From the NCBI RefSeq assembly GCF_037042905.1, contig NC_087250.1, positions 9,612,001 to 9,676,000 on the forward strand: a stretch of DNA of 64,000 bases, read 5' to 3'. The translations under genes were made by a program, and so were the position numbers. Origin of the DNA: Lytechinus pictus. Lineage: Eukaryota. Positions 59,324 to 64,000 of the stretch are shown piece by piece. Positions within the stretch are counted from its first letter, which is position 1. Each line of letters begins with the position of its first letter. The notes under the pieces are model-generated. The model saw only the letters and a program-made list of their open reading frames with translations, made no database searches and was not told where the DNA came from.

Positions 59324-60649
59324 CTGATCTTTGTAGCCAAAGAATTATGACCCTTTTGGCTACCCATAGTTTGTATTGATTGTGCCATTCACAGTCATTT
59401 GTGAGAATGGGCCCTGGATATTCACGAATTCACATTAAGGATAACATGGTGAAATGATGAGTTACTGATCGTTATCCGCCTTGTTTTTCGTTTACTCAGT
59501 CTGACTATTACAGGACGTTTTGCTTTATCGTGTTCCATAGAAGAAGTAATGTAACCCTCTCATGTCGCTGGCGTAAATGTATTCTATCATTTCTGTACTT
59601 ATACGAGGTAAAACGTCTATTATTTGTTTTCTACAATCTTCTCAAAAGTTAGTATCGTACATTGTAATTATTATACCATTTTTGCGGGCAGATTAAATTG
59701 TATTATTACACTCGTACTCATCTCAAATGTGTGTCTGACTTATCAGTTCCAAATGTGTTCTTCACGCCATTTTTATTTTTGTTATTATTTTATTTATTTC
59801 TTATTGGGGGGGGGGGCATTTCTCTGTAAACAGACGTACTTTTACTATGTTTTTATAGTGTGTGAGATGTGTGCGTTTTGCACGAATTTATAGTAAGGTT
59901 TAGGATGGAGGAGCGCGGACAAACATGTGCGTTAGCGGGTGTATTAAAGTAAGTTTGCAATGAGCTACTTCTGGGGACATATTCTTACATTTTACCGACC
60001 AACCGGGGACGTCCACGGTCGAGGTCGCGATGTAGATCAATTCCTCATTTCAAATCGTTCCAAATGGTAAAAGCATGGTGTGTAAAAAGTATCCCTATCG
60101 ACCAAATAACTCAAGTTGTGTGTGTTCGGTCGGTTTAGAAATTGCCCCCCGGTGTTTTTCCCCTTTTTTTTGGGGGGGGGGGGGTGCGAACTATGCTCAC
60201 GTATGTCCGAAATTGAGATCGGTTAAGTGTGTGTGAGACCACTTTTGCGATTAATAAGTAAGTTATTGATTGTCAAATTACAAGAAGTCTGGTTGTGTGT
60301 GTGGGTGGGTGCGTGAGGGTGAGTGTGTTTATATGGTCAGGATAAGGAAGGGCAGGGAGATATGTGCGTGGAATGTCAATTGAGTGCGGAAGTTCAAATA
60401 TTAGGTCGGTGCATGGGGAAAGAAGGAAGTGGGAGGGAGAGAGTTGTACAAATAGATATAATTGATATAACGGGAGAAAGATATAAAAACGGAGGACAGA
60501 TACACAAATGAATAGTTATACGAATATAATGAGAAAAAAATGACAAGAATGTTGTTTGTGAGCACGAACTACCTGGAGTAGATTTGAATAAAATCCCAAC
60601 GAATTTAGATTAAAATCCTTCAACTTTTGATGCATGTATAAACTTTTAA

Positions 60650-61249
60650 AGATATGGTCCGGGCTGAAAATATTTATATCTTAATAAATAGAGTAAAATT
60701 CACAGAGCAAAATGCTGAATATTTCATCAAAATCGGATCACAAGTAACAAAGTTATTGAATTTAAAGTTTGTCAATATTTTGTGTAAACAGTTTATGCAC
60801 ATCATCCTGAATATTTATTAGGTGGACTGATGATGTCACATCCCCACTTTCCCATTTCTCATGTTATTACATGAAATCATAAATGTTTCATTGTTCATAC
60901 ATCTGTAAATGATGTGTCTCCATTACGATGTAATAGGTTGCGGCAATAAATAACTAACGCATTTAATCACTTGTCAATCCAGTTTGTTTAGTTCTTTGTA
61001 GAAAAAATGTTGAATAAACCTAATTTCATACAACAAAATACAAAAGAACAAGTGGGGATATGACATCATCAGCCCACCTAATGAATATTCATAAAGACAT
61101 GCCTAGAACTGTTTCAACGGAAAAATGCAAATCTGTAATTCAATAACTTTGTTATTTGGTATCCGATTTTGATCAAATTTTCAGCATTTTGCTCTGTGAA
61201 TTTCACTCTATTTATTGAGATATAAATATTTCCAGCCTGGACCATCCCT
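60650..61249. mobile_element. TTAA-flanked, largely palindromic MITE (Kolobok-like)
   Basis: TIRs of about 110 bp, plus an inner inverted pair at 60810-60850 / 61050-61090. Confidence 0.92.
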
Positions 61250-61571
61250 TTAAAATTTGACCCTAAATCTAATATCCGTCTGGTCACTATATAACTTCAG
61301 TCTCTCAGGATCAAATCCATGAATCGCTTGATTTCGGTATTCATATACAAAATGCAATACAAGAAAGTTTTATTGACGGCGAATACAATAAAGAGTACAA
61401 CTAGAAGCTTATTTTATTTACAAATAGAATTTTTTTTTTATTCACACGGAAAAATAAAGCAATTATACAACAAGTAGATTGCAAATGATGAGGGCATATT
61501 GTCATTTTTTTTTCATTTTTGTCATCAACGTGAACAAAGACCACTAATTATTAGTGAAGAGGATGTAAGAC

Positions 61572-61714
61572 CTGGGTCCCTTCTAAGAAGTTGTGATTGA
61601 TCCAATCAACCTCAACTACCCGTTATATATATATATATATATATATATATGCGTCGAAAATTTGGAATTCAAAATAAACTGTTGGAACAAAGTACAATGC
61701 ATTACCACTTTGCC

Positions 61715-61789
<75 letters not shown>

Positions 61790-62658
61790 CACAAATCCAC
61801 AATTTAAGTTTAAAAATGTCATGAAAACACAATTATTATAATTATATTGCCTGAAAAAATATCTTCTCCCAAATAATTTGATACCATCTCCGTGAGGTAT
61901 GTGTTCACGCTTGGATGATTGCATTTTTACCGTGATGTTAAGTTCGATTTGCGCCAAAATAAGGCATGGCTGCAACGAATGAATCATTTAATTTGAGAAT
62001 TGATACTTAACAGTGTTTATCAAACAATTATATTAAAATGTGTTTTTCCCATGGATTATAATGCAACCCTTGTAGGATTGTAACATCATTAATTGCAGTA
62101 ATGCTTTACTTTGGCGAAAAACAAAAGTTACATCGCTGCAAAGAATACCTACTGATTATCCAAGCGTGAAGACAATATGATATCAAAGTATTCGGATAAG
62201 ATGCTTTTTGCGGCCATTAATAATAATTGCATGTTCATGACATGCTTAAATTGGGTATTTGTGAGGTGTCATGTTTTCTTTTCTTTTTTCCTTGCACGGT
62301 ATAGGCCAGGGCGAACATCCTGACTTTTTTTTTTATTAACTCGAGCCCTAGCAACTGACCGGTGATGTTTTTGACATTATTTCATTGTTTCTTTGTTTTC
62401 ATCGCACTAAGGTCAGTGTTGTCGTCGTTAATAGGTGTGACGTCACCCCGCCTATTATGGAAATCCATCAATGTCACAATTTGTCCTCCAGAAAATATGC
62501 AAAATGTCGTTGTGTAAACAAAGAGGATGCGAAGAATGCACCCGAAAAAAATGAATATACATGTACGTCATATTTTCAAAACGTTTGAAAAAAAACCATA
62601 CTTTTGTGATTGCTGGTTGATCGGATCAATCGCAACTCTTTGTAAGACGGGACCCTAG
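61572..62658. mobile_element. Family-A MITE termini enclosing about 1 kb of unrelated DNA, including (TA)n and a nested inverted repeat
   Basis: Left end gggtccc..gttgtgattgatccaatcaa, right end ttgatcggatcaatcgcaactctttgtaagacgggaccc. Confidence 0.7.
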
Positions 62659-64000
62659 ATAATTTTTCCAGCGCAGGCTATATGTCTCAGTATTCATTAA
62701 ACCCTACTTGAATTGCACTGAATCGAACATATAACCAAATATTATTATGAAAAAAAAAGTATGCAAAGCATAAAAACCAACCTTTCAAGATAATTATCAT
62801 TGAGGAGGTGGTATGGTCACACAAAATTTTAAAATTAACATTAACATAAGATTTACATAATGAATACAAAACATATCGAATGTATTAATTGAATTAGTTG
62901 GAATTAATTTTAAAGTAAAACACGGGAAAGGATTTGTCTTAGAATCACTTTCTTGACATCAAGACATAATATCCATGATGCCCAAAACTGATTTATATCA
63001 AGAAGAGTCACTGGTTCCAACTGCAACTGATTTCAAATACAAAGTATTTAAAACGCAACTCCTTGCCAAGAAGGATGGTACTTTTTTCCTTTAATTTAGG
63101 CTTCATGATTTTTTTTGTTGTTGTTGCATATTTTGCAATAGGGATTAGTTTATCTTCAAACACCTTCCAATGCATTGCCATCACAGGGAAGTCTCTAGCT
63201 AGAACACTGCTGAACACATTGGCATGACTGCGGGACACAGTTTCATTTCCAGTAGGGTCGTTGTGTTACAAATGGAAGGTAAAGAACGTAGAGGGCGCCC
63301 AATCTTTGCAGAGTGTTGATGCCCTCTGCGTTCTTCACATCAAACGATTAATCGCAAATCCTTAAATAGATTTCTCATTTATCTTAGGTCAGAACTGGGT
63401 TGTCTTTCTTCTCAAACGGTGAAAATATTGATATAATTTTTAGAAGAAGAAAGAAAGAAAGAAAGAAAGAAAGAAGGAAAGAAAGAAAGAGGAAAAAACG
63501 ATATTAACCGCTTCACATAAAGATAGACAACAGAAATAATGAAAATCACAGCCAAGCTTTCTTGACTCTCAATATCGGAATATGTATATTGTATGATTAG
63601 GTGATATTTTTAGTTACAGCCTGTTTGTTCACATTATACGGGGAAAACTACGTTCTGGTTCTATATTTCATGACACCAGAGGCAGAATGGAATATGGAAC
63701 CAGAAGGTAGATATGTCCCGTATTTCGTAAGAACAAGCAGGGTGTAATGATTTTATCTCTTCAAGTGTATCCTTATAGTATTGCAGAATAAGGGAAATCA
63801 ATAAAATAAAACTATTTAAAAATGCAAAACCTGCATTTTTAGATGGTTTTTGAAAGGAAGTCACTCAGACATCACAATGATGGCAGTAAAAAGAATGCTA
63901 ATTTTGCCAGTGAAATTGGTGTTCAAATAGTAGTGCGCAGCGTGATGCTTGAATATGCACGTTATACGGCCTCATATTACGTGGTCGAAGACAGAACTTG

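Noticed and set aside
63008..63340. Minus-strand ORF with coding-like composition
   Set aside because: No family is recognised and neighbouring frames have stops. It may be a decayed element.

Overview
AT-rich, intron-rich animal genomic DNA. An echinoderm or other marine deuterostome origin is plausible but is an inference. The window holds one clear protein-coding gene on the + strand, an EPS8-family actin regulator. I reconstructed 19 GT-AG coding exons from ATG 19722 to TGA 50647 (3009 nt, about 1002 aa) with consistent phase at every junction. They encode PTB, the conserved central domain, SH3, polyproline and the actin-binding/SAM-like effector region. The 5' UTR exon(s), promoter and true 3' end cannot be fixed from sequence alone. 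The remainder is dense with MITEs (CWG-flanked Harbinger-like and TTAA-flanked Kolobok-like), tRNA-derived SINEs, L2/CR1 fragments, and mini- and microsatellites. The most striking signals are: (1) about 55 copies of TACATGTA, which appears as a 6-bp insertion at TA within repeat copies and at one splice donor, the geometry of a Tc1/mariner excision footprint; (2) tandem decayed copies of acceptor plus exon start upstream of two real exons; (3) trains of different MITEs joined at shared CWG trinucleotides; (4) transposon ends clustered about 22-45 bp after splice donors; and (5) a polyproline plus WH2-like symmetric exon upstream of the EPS8 effector region.
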